DNA from: Vicinamibacterales bacterium
GTDB lineage: Bacteria; Acidobacteriota; Vicinamibacteria; Vicinamibacterales; UBA8438
Direction of reading: 5' to 3'
Length of the DNA: 64,000 nucleotides
Assembly: GCA_965205435.1 (NCBI GenBank)
Contig: CBDBHJ010000005.1
Location: forward strand, 12,658-76,657
Every line of letters begins with the position of its first letter. Position 1 is the first letter of the stretch. The notes beneath the pieces were generated by a model. It did not search any database. It was given only the letters and a program-made list of their open reading frames with translations, and was not told the origin of the DNA. The position numbers were made by a program, and so were the translations under genes. This document shows, in pieces, positions 27,851 through 37,896 of this stretch.

Positions 27851-28581
27851 ACGCCACACCCCCCCGCAACCCGGTGGCCGTCGTCACCGGTGGCGCTCGA
27901 CGCCTGGGGCGCCAACTCTGCACGACCCTCGCCGGTCGTGGGTTCGATGTGGTCGTCCTGTATCGCGACTCCGAGGCCGATGCAGACTCGCTCGAGCATG
28001 AGCTTGCGGCAACTGGACTGCGTGCCAGGTCACTCACGGTCGACGTCGCGGTTGAGTCGCAGGTCGCCGGCGTCTTCGACAATATCGCCGGCACCGAAGG
28101 GCGGGTCGACGTACTGGTGAACAACGTCGGCAACTACAATCCGCAGCACATTACCAAGCTCGATCCGTCCGCGTGGGACGCGACGCTCGCCGCCAACCTC
28201 TCCGGTGCCTACTACTGCTGCTACCACGGCCTCAGACTGATGCGCGCTGGGGGCAACATCATCAACATCGGGATGGCCGGTCTCGAAGGCAGCCGCGCCA
28301 ACGTCCATGGCACCGATTACTTCGTGAGCAAGACCGGATTGCTGGTACTCACACGGTCGCTCGCTGCCGCGTACGGCGCGCAGCAGATCCGGGTCAACAT
28401 GGTGTCGCCCGGTCAGCTGGACAACTCGATCGATCTCCCGTCGCCCGGGGAGATCGGCGCCTGGGTCCCGCTGGGCCGAGCGGGCAGCCTCGACGATGTC
28501 ACGCAAGCAGTTGAGTACCTACTTGAGGCCACGTACGTCACCGGTGCGAACATCGACATCTCTGGCGGCTACCGCCTCTGA
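27847..28581 (+). CDS. SDR oxidoreductase, pteridine reductase (PTR1/FolM)-like
   Basis: Cofactor motif VAVVTGGARRLGRQL matches the TGxxxRLG/RIG variant of PTR1/FolM-type SDRs. NNVG, and Y..SK (YFVSKTG) in the catalytic region. ATG 27847 forms an ATGA overlap with the folB stop. Confidence 0.75.
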   Translation: MNATPPRNPVAVVTGGARRLGRQLCTTLAGRGFDVVVLYRDSEADADSLEHELAATGLRARSLTVDVAVESQVAGVFDNIAGTEGRVDVLVNNVGNYNPQHITKLDPSAWDATLAANLSGAYYCCYHGLRLMRAGGNIINIGMAGLEGSRANVHGTDYFVSKTGLLVLTRSLAAAYGAQQIRVNMVSPGQLDNSIDLPSPGEIGAWVPLGRAGSLDDVTQAVEYLLEATYVTGANIDISGGYRL

Positions 28582-28598
28582 CGCACCCTCTCTTGCCG

Positions 28599-29759
28599 AT
28601 GCTCACCGCGTCCTCTCTGCACCCGCTCTGGGACCGCGCGGCCGAATGGGAGTGTCGCCTGGCGATGATCAGGGAGGCGACCGAGTTCCTCTATCTCTCG
28701 ACGTTCTACATCGAGTACGACCGGTACGGCATCGAGCTCCTTGCCGCCTTGCTCGCCGCTCAGCGGCGAGGCGTCGCGGTGAATCTGCTGGTGGACGGCT
28801 TCGGTCAGCTCCTTGGCGGTGCGCTGATGACTTCCGAGAGCAAGCGGGCGCTCGGCGCGCGTCTGGATGCCTTGGGTGGCGCCGGTGCAGTGATCACGAC
28901 CTATCGGCCGGATCACTACCTGCAGCGGCGGTTGGGCGGCGGCCAACATGTGAAGATCCAGGTCTCCGAAGCGGGCGAGGCCATCTTCGGTAGCAGTAAC
29001 GTGACCCGGGCGTCGTTCGAAGGCTGGAACGAGTACTCGGTCTCGCTTCGCGGCCCGATTGTGCCTGTTCTTCTCGAGAGCTACCGAGGGATCGGTGGTC
29101 GGGTCGACGACGGTCATCTCAGCAGACTCGGCGATGTTGCCGAGGCTGGATCGACGCAGACGGCACCGATCGAGCTCGAGTACTGGTTGTGCAACCCCAA
29201 TCTCCTGCAAGGCCGTCTGGGTCTCGTCGGGTGGCGTGGTCAGAACGTGGTCACCGACCAGATGATCACGATGGTACAGGAGGCTCGAGAGACGATCGAG
29301 CTCACCAGCTTCTTCTTCAAGCCGATCCCACCGCTCATGGTGGCGCTACTCGATGCGGCCAGGCGAGGGGTGCGGGTGGAGGTGTACCATTCCCACCGAG
29401 ACGCGTTGCCGGCCATCGACCTGGCGTGGATCGCCTCGGCGGTTAGCTACGCGCGGTTGCTGGATGCCGGCATCCAGGTGTACGAGAACCGACACGGGGA
29501 GCACTCCAAGCTCGTGCTGGTCGACCGGGCCTGGGTCGCGTTCGGTAGCTACAACTTTGAGGATGCGGCGCACGACCGGCTGGCGGAAGCGATGCTCGTC
29601 TCGCGAGACGCGCGAGCGATTGATCCGGCGGTGACGATCTTCGACGGGCTTCGTCGCGATCCGGACAACGTGCGAGTGACGGAGGAGAGCCTGCGCGCAT
29701 TGCCGAGACGAGTGAAGAGGCGGCTGGCCTTGTATGGACGCTTCAAACGATGGATGTAG
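28599..29759 (+). CDS. Phospholipase D-superfamily protein with two HKD motifs (cardiolipin-synthase/PLD-like)
   Basis: HKD-1 is HVKIQVSEAGEAIFGSSNVT. HKD-2 is HSKLVLVDRAWVAFGSYNFE. Confidence 0.8.
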   Translation: MLTASSLHPLWDRAAEWECRLAMIREATEFLYLSTFYIEYDRYGIELLAALLAAQRRGVAVNLLVDGFGQLLGGALMTSESKRALGARLDALGGAGAVITTYRPDHYLQRRLGGGQHVKIQVSEAGEAIFGSSNVTRASFEGWNEYSVSLRGPIVPVLLESYRGIGGRVDDGHLSRLGDVAEAGSTQTAPIELEYWLCNPNLLQGRLGLVGWRGQNVVTDQMITMVQEARETIELTSFFFKPIPPLMVALLDAARRGVRVEVYHSHRDALPAIDLAWIASAVSYARLLDAGIQVYENRHGEHSKLVLVDRAWVAFGSYNFEDAAHDRLAEAMLVSRDARAIDPAVTIFDGLRRDPDNVRVTEESLRALPRRVKRRLALYGRFKRWM

Positions 29760-30361
29760 ACGGACCTGAGCCTAGCGCCAGTTCACACGAGCTGCGGTTC
29801 AAGGAGATCGAGCACAAGTTCGTCGTGGACGACCGGTTCAACCTTGACCGCTTTGGCAGGTTGCTCGCGGCGCTGAAACCGACGCGGACGACGTCGCTTC
29901 GTGTGCTCGATACCTACTATCTCCTTCACGGGAGCCGCACCGGACGGTTCGTGATTCGGCATCGATTCGACGAAGAGCTGCACCACCTCACCGTGAAGAC
30001 GCTCGAAGCCGACACCGAGGTGCGGCGGGAGATCAACATCGACCTGGGCCATCATGCGGGCGACCAGCGGGTTCAGGTCGACGCGTTCCTGGAGCAGCTG
30101 GGTGTTGAATGGAGCGGCGCCCTGCGGAAGGACCTCATGGTGTGGTACTTCCCGGATATCGAAGTGGTCCACTATCGGGCCACCACCGATTCGCGAGCCG
30201 TCCGCTGCGTGGAGTTCGAGGCGACGCGAAAGCCCTCGGTGACGGAGGCACTGGACACGGTGCGCCGATACGAACACGCCACCGGCTTCGATGAGACGAC
30301 ACGGTCACACCGGTCGCTGCTGCGAATCCTGTTTCCCGAGGTCGTCGAGCGACTTCGATAA
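29750..30361 (+). CDS. CYTH-domain triphosphate tunnel metalloenzyme
   Basis: N-terminal ExExK signature (FKEIEHKFVV). About 200 aa with basic/acidic beta-strand periodicity. The start overlaps the PLD gene's end by 10 nt. Confidence 0.7.
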   Translation: MDVDGPEPSASSHELRFKEIEHKFVVDDRFNLDRFGRLLAALKPTRTTSLRVLDTYYLLHGSRTGRFVIRHRFDEELHHLTVKTLEADTEVRREINIDLGHHAGDQRVQVDAFLEQLGVEWSGALRKDLMVWYFPDIEVVHYRATTDSRAVRCVEFEATRKPSVTEALDTVRRYEHATGFDETTRSHRSLLRILFPEVVERLR

Positions 30362-30476
30362 ACACAGCTCGCCCACGGCGTTGCTGCGTCGGTACAGACG
30401 CCCAGTCTGCCCCACCTCGCGTCTTGCGGGGCAGCCCGCCGTCCTCGGTGCTGCGGCAGAGGGTGCGAAACCGGTT

Positions 30477-31043
30477 CTAGTGCCCCGGTGTCATGATGTG
30501 GGCCGTGCTCGTGCCCGCGTTCATGAGCCACGCACCACCCTGTCTGGGATTATCAGGCAGACCGATCGACTCGGGGGTGGCACCGGGAACGGCGATCGTG
30601 GCGTGGATTCGAGCGCTCGCCTGGTCCTCGCCGTTCATCGAGATAAACAGCGAGCCGAACTCGGGCTTCACACGCGTTCCGTCGGCTTCGGCGCCGTCCA
30701 GCATCGCCTGCATCGCCTCGCCGTCGGCGCTTTCCGCCTGGAACTTCCGGTTCTGGGCCACACGGTCGAGGTTGCCGGCGCTGGTGCATTGCACCGCGAA
30801 AGGCGCCCGTGTTCCTGGCTCACCCGACTTGTCGTAGCAGACCCAGGTATTGGTGCCTTCCTTCAGAGTCTCGTACGTGTGATCCGCGTTCCACGTGATC
30901 ACAGCGGCCCCCTCCGCCGCACGACCTGGCGCGGCCGCCAGGGCCCGTTCGATGGTTTCCGCGGTCGTCTGCGCGTACCCGCTTGTCGGGAGCGCAAGCG
31001 CGCCAAGAATCATGAGCGTGAGAGTGAGAACGATGCGGTTCAT
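30477..31043 (-). CDS. Secreted hypothetical protein
   Basis: 188-aa ORF with a clear signal peptide (MNRIVLTLTLMILGALALPTSGYAQ). No family recognised. Confidence 0.6.
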   Translation of the reverse strand: MNRIVLTLTLMILGALALPTSGYAQTTAETIERALAAAPGRAAEGAAVITWNADHTYETLKEGTNTWVCYDKSGEPGTRAPFAVQCTSAGNLDRVAQNRKFQAESADGEAMQAMLDGAEADGTRVKPEFGSLFISMNGEDQASARIHATIAVPGATPESIGLPDNPRQGGAWLMNAGTSTAHIMTPGH

Positions 31044-31371
31044 GGTACCTCCAGTCGGACCGGCACCGGACGACTCGCTCCGCCACGGAGCCTGACGTCA
31101 AGGCCTGCCGGATGGCCGAGAATGCTAGGAATTCGTCTATTCAGGCAGACGCCGCCGCCGGTGCAGTCGCTTACAGCCACCAGCCGTCAGAAGAATTTAA
31201 CACGAAGACGACTTGCCTTTCCGCGGGATTCCCGGCTTTGAAGCCAGGTCACCGCGGTGGTCGCTTGTGCTCAGGAACCTCTGTGTGTCTGTCTTCGTCC
31301 CCTAAAGTCGTATAGAGTCTGCACGATTATATACTCGATGACTTCACGTCGCTGGCGGGGGAACTTCGCTC

Positions 31372-32831
31372 GTGGAACGGGACGCGCTGGACACGGTTCT
31401 TAGATCGCCCCGGCTGCCAAGCCTCCCGGCCATCGCGGTCGAGGTCCTCGGCCTCGCTCAGCAAGACGTCAACATGGAGCGGATCGCCGAGACGCTCCGG
31501 CACGATCCGGCCTTGTCGAGCAAGATCCTCAAAACCGCCAACTCGGCCCTGTATGGGCAGTCACAGACGATCAGCACGATTACCCGTGCCCTCCTTGTGC
31601 TCGGGCTCAGCGCCGTCAAGACCCTCGCGCTTGGCTTTTCGTTGGTCACCACCCTGCGGCGCCCCGAAGACACCAGCTTCGACCACGTCGGGTACTGGCG
31701 GCGGAGCCTCTATACGGCGACGGCCGCGCGCACACTGAGTCAGCATCTACGAATGGCACGACGAGAAGAGGTGTTCCTCGGCGGTTTGCTCCAGGACCTC
31801 GGAATGGTCGCGATGAGTCAGGCTCTGGGGGATGGGTACACGCGGCTCGTGCGGCAGGCGGGCGCCGACCATGCGTCGCTCGGTCGGCTGGAGGAGGACA
31901 CATTCGGTATGGATCACGCGGAGGTCGGGGCCGCACTTGCTGAACGGTGGAACCTTCCGCCGATGCTGGTTGCAGCGATCCGATTCCACGAGAACCCAGA
32001 CGCCGCTGAGGAAGATGTCCTCCCGCTCGTGCGCTGCGTCGCGCTCGGTAACCGCGTCGCCGAGGTCTTCCTCAGCGAAGAGACCGCCGGCAGGGCGCTG
32101 GAGCTCTACCACACGCAGAGCGGCGCGTGGTTCGATGTCGGGAGTGAGCTCGCAGACCAGATGCTCCGAGAGATTCACCAGCAAACCGACGAGATGGCTC
32201 GGCTCTTCGACCTCCCGACCGGCAATCTCGGAAATGCGGAAGAGATCCTCGCCCGCGCCAACGAGGCGCTGATGCAGATCACGCTGCACTCGCAACAACG
32301 GACCAAACAGCTCGTCGATGAGGTCAATGCCGACTCGTTGACCGGGTCCCTGAACCGCCGAGCGTTTGATGCGTGTGTCGCCGAGTGCTTCAGCTCGGCG
32401 ACTGCGAGCCGTCCCCTCAGCGTCCTCTTTGTCGACATCGACCATTTCAAGACGTTCAACGATACCCACGGGCATGCCGTCGGCGACCGTGTGCTGAAGG
32501 TGTTCGCGGCCACGCTGAGCGCAGCGGTGGGTGATCGAGGGCAGGTCTTCCGCTACGGCGGTGAAGAGTTCGCCGTGGTCTGTCCAGGCGCCGACGTCGG
32601 AGCTGCGGTCGCGGCGGCCGAAGAGGCGCGGCACGCCGTGGCGCACGAGCCCGGGTGCGTAAGCGTGACGACGGCCAGGAGTTGGGTATCACCTGCAGCA
32701 TCGGTGTCGCGACTCACGACGGTGGCACGTTTGATAGCGTCGCATCACTGGTCAAGGCAGCCGACGACGGTCTCTATTCCGCGAAACATGCGGGTCGAAA
32801 CTGCGTCCGCGCGTACGCGTCAGGACACTAG
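31372..32831 (+). pseudogene. HDOD + GGDEF (GGEEF) signalling protein, C-terminus frameshifted
   Basis: HDOD domain (LPSLPAIAVEVL...HDPALSSKILKTANSALYG...). GGDEF domain (DSLTGSLNRR, RYGGEEFAV). The canonical domain end (GITCSIGVATHDGG...AADDGLYSAKHAGRNCVRAY, stop 32829-32831) is in a different frame from about 32650-32656 (CCCGGG). Confidence 0.75.
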
Positions 32832-33865
32832 GAAGTGCCCTCCTGGATCACCCCGGCAATGTCGTCCATCACGCTGCGTAGGTAGAAGTACGAGCTGTAG
32901 TGCCCACTGCGCATGTCAAACCTGGCAGGTCTCCCATAGACGACCCATAGCTCTTCCTGATAGCGAGTCGGCACGACCGTGTCATAGAGCGCGACGTACT
33001 GCTTGATCGTTCTGGCCTTCGTGTGCCTGCCCACGACGGCGAGATCCGTGATGCTCCAGACCCGGTTGAGCGCCGCCTCGTCGATGCCCCGCTGTTCGAG
33101 GTCTCGTTTGATGTACCGCGTGATCAGCCCCTGCCACGTGATGCTGCCGAGATGACAGCCGGTCATCAGAGGAAAGAGGAAATCGACCTCTTCACACAGG
33201 GCAGCGAGTCCCGACTGAAACCCGCCGCTACTCATACCGAGCAGGCCGATGAATCGATAGCGCTCCCGCATCAACTGGATCAGCACCCGGATCTCGGACA
33301 CCAGCTGTCGGAAGTTAGCGATGGTCCAGAAGACGTTCGAGCTGATGAAGTACTCGCCGCTGTAGGACTCAGGGGGCGTTCGAGCGAGATGGTACGGTGT
33401 TGTCAAGAGGCCGACGTCGATGCCACGAGCCATGAGGCGAAGGCACATCTCATCTTCCACCCGCTGGTTTTCACGACCCCAGCCCGGAACGAATAGGACG
33501 AGGACCTCAGACCGAGTGTCTGGACGGCGGAACAGCTTGAACGGGACGACGTCGTTCGTGGTATCCCCTGACGGGAGCGGCGAGTCGAACAGCATCATGT
33601 GAGCCGACTCGGGGACGGGCAAGGTGTGACGGGGATGGAGCCCGTCTCGAAGGCAGACCGATTCCGGCTGGGCGGCCGTTCGGTAAAACTCGTGGGGACG
33701 CTCGAAGTACTGGTTGATGTCGGTTAGAAAGTCGTCGATTCCATAGACTCGACCGTCGAGAAGGTCGGGCTCGAGAATCTTTCGACAGATCTTCTTACGG
33801 TGCGTTCGGTAGTACAGCTGCTCGAACGCAGCTGCGAAGAGCCTGTTCCGGAGCGGCCACGGCAC
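32828..33865 (-). CDS. Alpha/beta hydrolase-fold protein
   Basis: VLVLFVPGWG, nucleophile elbow GLLGMSSGG, and a late D/H region. 345 aa. The subfamily is not recognised with certainty. Confidence 0.6.
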   Translation of the reverse strand: MPWPLRNRLFAAAFEQLYYRTHRKKICRKILEPDLLDGRVYGIDDFLTDINQYFERPHEFYRTAAQPESVCLRDGLHPRHTLPVPESAHMMLFDSPLPSGDTTNDVVPFKLFRRPDTRSEVLVLFVPGWGRENQRVEDEMCLRLMARGIDVGLLTTPYHLARTPPESYSGEYFISSNVFWTIANFRQLVSEIRVLIQLMRERYRFIGLLGMSSGGFQSGLAALCEEVDFLFPLMTGCHLGSITWQGLITRYIKRDLEQRGIDEAALNRVWSITDLAVVGRHTKARTIKQYVALYDTVVPTRYQEELWVVYGRPARFDMRSGHYSSYFYLRSVMDDIAGVIQEGTS

Positions 33866-34025
33866 CCTCGCAGAATCTTTGTTCTGTATTTCCGTCTCCG
33901 TTCACCGACGACTCCACCACGCGCTGGCAACCGCTGAAGTATATCGCGGCCGCGCCACCCGCCCGGCACAAGGGCCCGAGCTCTCAACGCGTTGAGGGCC
34001 CACGCCCTGACTCATGACGGATCCC

Positions 34026-35507
34026 TCATGACGTATGGCGCATGCCGACCTCAGCATACTCCTCAACGAACTGCCTGAACTCTTCGGAAGGCAGCCCCTG
34101 ACTGAACAAGAATCCCTGTGCCTGGTCGCATCCCATTGCCCCGAGCAGCGCCGCCTGCGCCTCTGTCTCGACGCCCTCGGCGATCACCGTCAGACGGAGA
34201 TGGTGGCCAATATCGATGATGCTCGCCGTGATCGCACGGGCACTCTCGCTGCTGTCCAGGTCTCTGACAAACGAGCGGTCGATCTTGAGCCCGTCGACCG
34301 GGAGCCCCCGCAGGGTGCTCAGTGAGGACTGCCCGGTCCCGAAATCATCGATGGCGGTACTGATGCCCAAGGCCTTGAAGGCCGCCAACTGCTCGCGGGC
34401 TGCGCGAGGGTTGTGGATGACCACATCCTCGGTGATCTCCAGCGCGAGGCAACTCGGGTCGAGCCCGTAGCTCGCGAGGGCTTGCGTAAGCTGGTCCACG
34501 AGTCCGCTGACGCGGAACTGAGAATTGGAGACGTTTAAAGCGATCGGAAAGACCCGACCTCCAGATTCACTTTGTCGCTGGCAGTCCGACAGGGTCGTCC
34601 GCAGTAGCCAGTCACCGATCTGCGGACCCAGTCCGATCTCCTCCGCAAGCCCGAGGAAGTCAGCCGGTGCCAGCAGGCCCCGCGTCGGATGTTGCCAGCG
34701 GATGAGTGCCTCAGCTCCCACAACGGTCCCCTTCAGAAACTCCACCTTGGGCTGGTAGTGCACCCGGAACTCCTCGCGGTCGAGCGCTCGCCGCAGCTCG
34801 CCGGCCAACGCCAGTTTCTCTGACGCTCTGGTGCTCATCGACGGCCGATACAGCGCGTGGTTGTTTCGGCCACGGGCCTTGGCATCGTACATAGCGGCAT
34901 CGGCGTGCTTGAGTAGTGTGTCCGCGTCCATCCCGTCGAACGGATAGACGCTCACGCCCGTGCTTGCCGTGACGAAGACCTCGCGTCCGTCCAACTGGAA
35001 CGGGCCGGCAAAGGCGTCCCGGATTCGGTCCGCGACGGTTGTCGCCGCCTCGACGTCCTGGATATCGGTTGCGCAGACCGTGAACTCATCGCCTCCGAAC
35101 CGACCCGCGACCAGCGTCGACTCGGGACGTTTCGCACGCCCCAGCGTGTCTCCGGCGCGAAGGCTGTGGGTGAGTCGGTCCGCCACACGCTTGAGAATCT
35201 GGTCTCCGAATCCGTGGCCGAACGTATCGTTGATCTCTTTGAACCCGTCCAGGTCGAGAAAGATGACCGCCAGGAGCCGCCCTTGCTCCTCGGCGAGGCG
35301 GAGTCCCCGCTTCAGCTGGGTTCGGAAGGTCATCCGGTTGGGCAGGCCGGTGAGGATGTCGTAGTGGGCGAGCTTCAGCAGCTCGTCCGCATCGCGTTTG
35401 GCCCGAAGCATGTATTTGACACGTTCACGGAGCACCCGCCAGTTGACCGGCTTGGCATAGAAGTCCGTTGCCCCGACGTCGTACGCGCGGGCCACCGACT
35501 GCGCGTC
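34026..35507 (-). pseudogene. GGDEF-EAL protein, 5'-truncated: the REC domain is cut off by IS21
   Basis: Intact GGDEF (RFGGDEFTV) and EAL (EALIRWQHP, ELEITE, DDFGTG). The N-terminus begins mid-REC (..SDAQSVARAYDVGATDFYAKP), aligning to residues near the end of the REC domain of the 9441-10496 paralog. Homology stops exactly at the IS21 left end. Confidence 0.8.
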
Positions 35508-35614
35508 TGAGAACGGCGGAGCAAAAATAGACTACAGAGCGGCGGGATGAAGCCGCCTGAGGGCGGTGGAAAACCAGACCGCTCGCGTGGTCCACCGAGC
35601 ATTCCCAGGGTGTT

Positions 35615-37126
35615 TTGTGGAACACAGGAGGGATGTATCGAGTGGAGCTCTATGCGGCGGTGCGGCGCAGCGTGTATGTGGAGGGATTGAGCGAGCGCGC
35701 GGCGGCGCGCCACTTCGGGCTGGCCCGCGAGACGGTGCGCAAGATGCTGCGGTACCGCCGGCCGCCCGGGTATCGCCGGGCGCAGCCGATCCGGCGTCCC
35801 AAGCTGGACGCCTTCACGGGGATCATCGATCAGATCCTCCGCGAGGATCAGTCCCGTCCGAAGAAGCAACGGCACACGGCCAAGCGCATCGGCGAGCGCT
35901 TACGGGCGGAGCACGGCTTCACGGGCGGCGACACGATCGTCAACACCTACGTGCGCGAGCGGCGGCTGGGCGGGCAGGAGATGTTCGTGCCGCTGGCGCA
36001 TCCGCCGGGCGACGCCCAAGCCGACTTCGGCGAAGCACTGGTCGTGATCGCGGGCGTCGAATGCAAAGCGCACTACCTGGTCGTCGATCTCCCGCACAGC
36101 GACGACGGGTTCGTGAAGGCGTTTCCGGCTGAGACCACGGAGGCGTTCTGCGACGGGCACAACGCCGCGTTTCGCTATTTCGGTGGGGTGCCGCGGCGCA
36201 TCGTCTATGACAACACCAAGCTGGCGGTGGCGCGGATCCTCGGGGACGGCACGCGCCAGCGGACGCAGGTCTTCAGCGAGCTCCAGTCGCACTACTTATT
36301 CGACGATCGTTTCGGACGCCCGGGCAAGGGCAACGACAAAGGGAAAGTGGAAGGGCTGGTCGGCTACGCCCGGCGCAACTTCTTCGTGCCGATTCCACGG
36401 TTCGACAGTTGGGACGCGTTGAACGCCGACCTCGCGTGCCAGTGCCGCGCGCGGCGCGGGCGCCGGCTGCGGCGGCACACGGAGACGATCGGGGAGCGCT
36501 TCGCGCGCGACCGCGCGGCGTTGTTGCCATTGCCGCCGGTCCCATATGACGCCCGCGAGACGCGCCCGACGCGGGTCACGTCGTTGTCCCTGGTGCGCGA
36601 CCGCCGCAACGACTACTCGGTGCCGACCGCCTACGGCCACCGGGAGGTCTTAGTGAAGGGCTCGGTGGACGACGTCGTGATCGTGTGCGGGAGTGACGAG
36701 ATCGCCCGGCATCGGCGCAGCTACGGGCGGGAGGAGTTGATCTTCGATCCGCGGCACTACCTGGCCTTGTTGGAGCGCAAGACGGGGGCACTCCATCAAG
36801 CGGCACCGCTCGCCGGGTGGGCGCTGCCAGAGGAGTTCCTCCGGCTGCGGCGTCTCTTAGAGGCGCGGCTGGGTAAGCCGGGCACGCGCGAGTACGTGCA
36901 GGTGTTGCGGCTGCTCGAGGACTTTCGGCTCGACCACGTCCGCGGCGCCGTCCAGGACGCCGTGCGCCTGGGGGCGATCGGGTTCGACGCCGTCAAGCAT
37001 CTCGTGCTGTGCCGCCTCGACCCCCGGCCGGCCCGCCTCAATCTGGCGCAGTATCCGCATCTGCCGGTCGCCCGCGTGGCCACGACCGCGGCCGCGAACT
37101 ACCTGGCACTCCTGGGGGCCGAGTGA
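35615..37126 (+). CDS. istA: IS21-family transposase IstA
   Basis: HTH N-terminus (GLSERAAARHFGLARETVRKML). DDE core (QADFGEA..., HYLVVDLPHSD, RIVYDNTK). The start may be ATG 35633. Confidence 0.9.
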   Translation: MWNTGGMYRVELYAAVRRSVYVEGLSERAAARHFGLARETVRKMLRYRRPPGYRRAQPIRRPKLDAFTGIIDQILREDQSRPKKQRHTAKRIGERLRAEHGFTGGDTIVNTYVRERRLGGQEMFVPLAHPPGDAQADFGEALVVIAGVECKAHYLVVDLPHSDDGFVKAFPAETTEAFCDGHNAAFRYFGGVPRRIVYDNTKLAVARILGDGTRQRTQVFSELQSHYLFDDRFGRPGKGNDKGKVEGLVGYARRNFFVPIPRFDSWDALNADLACQCRARRGRRLRRHTETIGERFARDRAALLPLPPVPYDARETRPTRVTSLSLVRDRRNDYSVPTAYGHREVLVKGSVDDVVIVCGSDEIARHRRSYGREELIFDPRHYLALLERKTGALHQAAPLAGWALPEEFLRLRRLLEARLGKPGTREYVQVLRLLEDFRLDHVRGAVQDAVRLGAIGFDAVKHLVLCRLDPRPARLNLAQYPHLPVARVATTAAANYLALLGAE

Positions 37127-37896
37127 TGACGAAACCCACCCTACTGCTCGAGGCGCATCTCAAGGCCCTCCGCCTGCCGACCTTCTTGCGCGAGTACGAC
37201 AAAGTGGCGCGGCACTGCGCCCAAGAAGGGCTGGACTGTTCGCGCTACTTATTCCGCCTCTGCGAGCTCGAGCTCCTCGATCGCGAGCAGCGCGCCACCG
37301 AGCGCCGCATCAAGGCCGCGAAGTTCCCGGTCTTGAAGAGTCTCGAGACCTTCGAGTTCCGTGCGATCCCGTCGGTGAACAAACGCCTCGTGCTGGAGCT
37401 GACCCGCTCGGAGTATCTCGACCGCAGAGAGAACGTGTTGGCGTTGGGCAACTCCGGCACGGGCAAGACGTATCTCGCGCTCGCGTTGGGACTCGCGGCC
37501 TGTCAGAAAGGCTATCGGGTGCGCTTCACTACCGCCGCCGCGCTCGTGAACGAACTCCTCGAGGCCCGGGATGACAAGCGCCTGCTGCGTGTGCAGAAAC
37601 AGCTCGCGAAACAGGACCTCTTGATCGTGGACGAGCTCGGCTACGTGCCGTTATCGAAGACCGGCGCCGAGCTGTTATTCGAGATCTTCTCCCAGCGCTA
37701 CGAGCAAGCGTCGACGCTGGTCACCTCGAATCTGCCCTTCAACGAATGGACCGAGATCTTCGGCTCCGAACGGCTGACGGGCGCGCTGCTCGATCGGCTG
37801 ACGCATCACGTCCACATCCTGGAGCTGAACGGCGAGAGCTATCGCCTCGAACACAGCAAGAAAGCCCGCCAGCCCGCGGCCGCTCCGGCATCCTGA
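37126..37896 (+). CDS. istB: IS21 helper ATPase IstB
   Basis: ATGA-type overlap with the istA stop. Walker A GNSGTGKTYLA, Walker B LLIVDELGY. Typical length of 256 aa. Confidence 0.9.
   Translation: MTKPTLLLEAHLKALRLPTFLREYDKVARHCAQEGLDCSRYLFRLCELELLDREQRATERRIKAAKFPVLKSLETFEFRAIPSVNKRLVLELTRSEYLDRRENVLALGNSGTGKTYLALALGLAACQKGYRVRFTTAAALVNELLEARDDKRLLRVQKQLAKQDLLIVDELGYVPLSKTGAELLFEIFSQRYEQASTLVTSNLPFNEWTEIFGSERLTGALLDRLTHHVHILELNGESYRLEHSKKARQPAAAPAS

Noticed and set aside
28599-30361. PLD-family + CYTH pair as a phage-defence module
   Set aside because: No other defence hallmarks are nearby (helicase, nuclease, TIR/SIR2, CBASS or Thoeris-type genes). The pair is translationally coupled to pterin-metabolism genes, so a metabolic role is more parsimonious.
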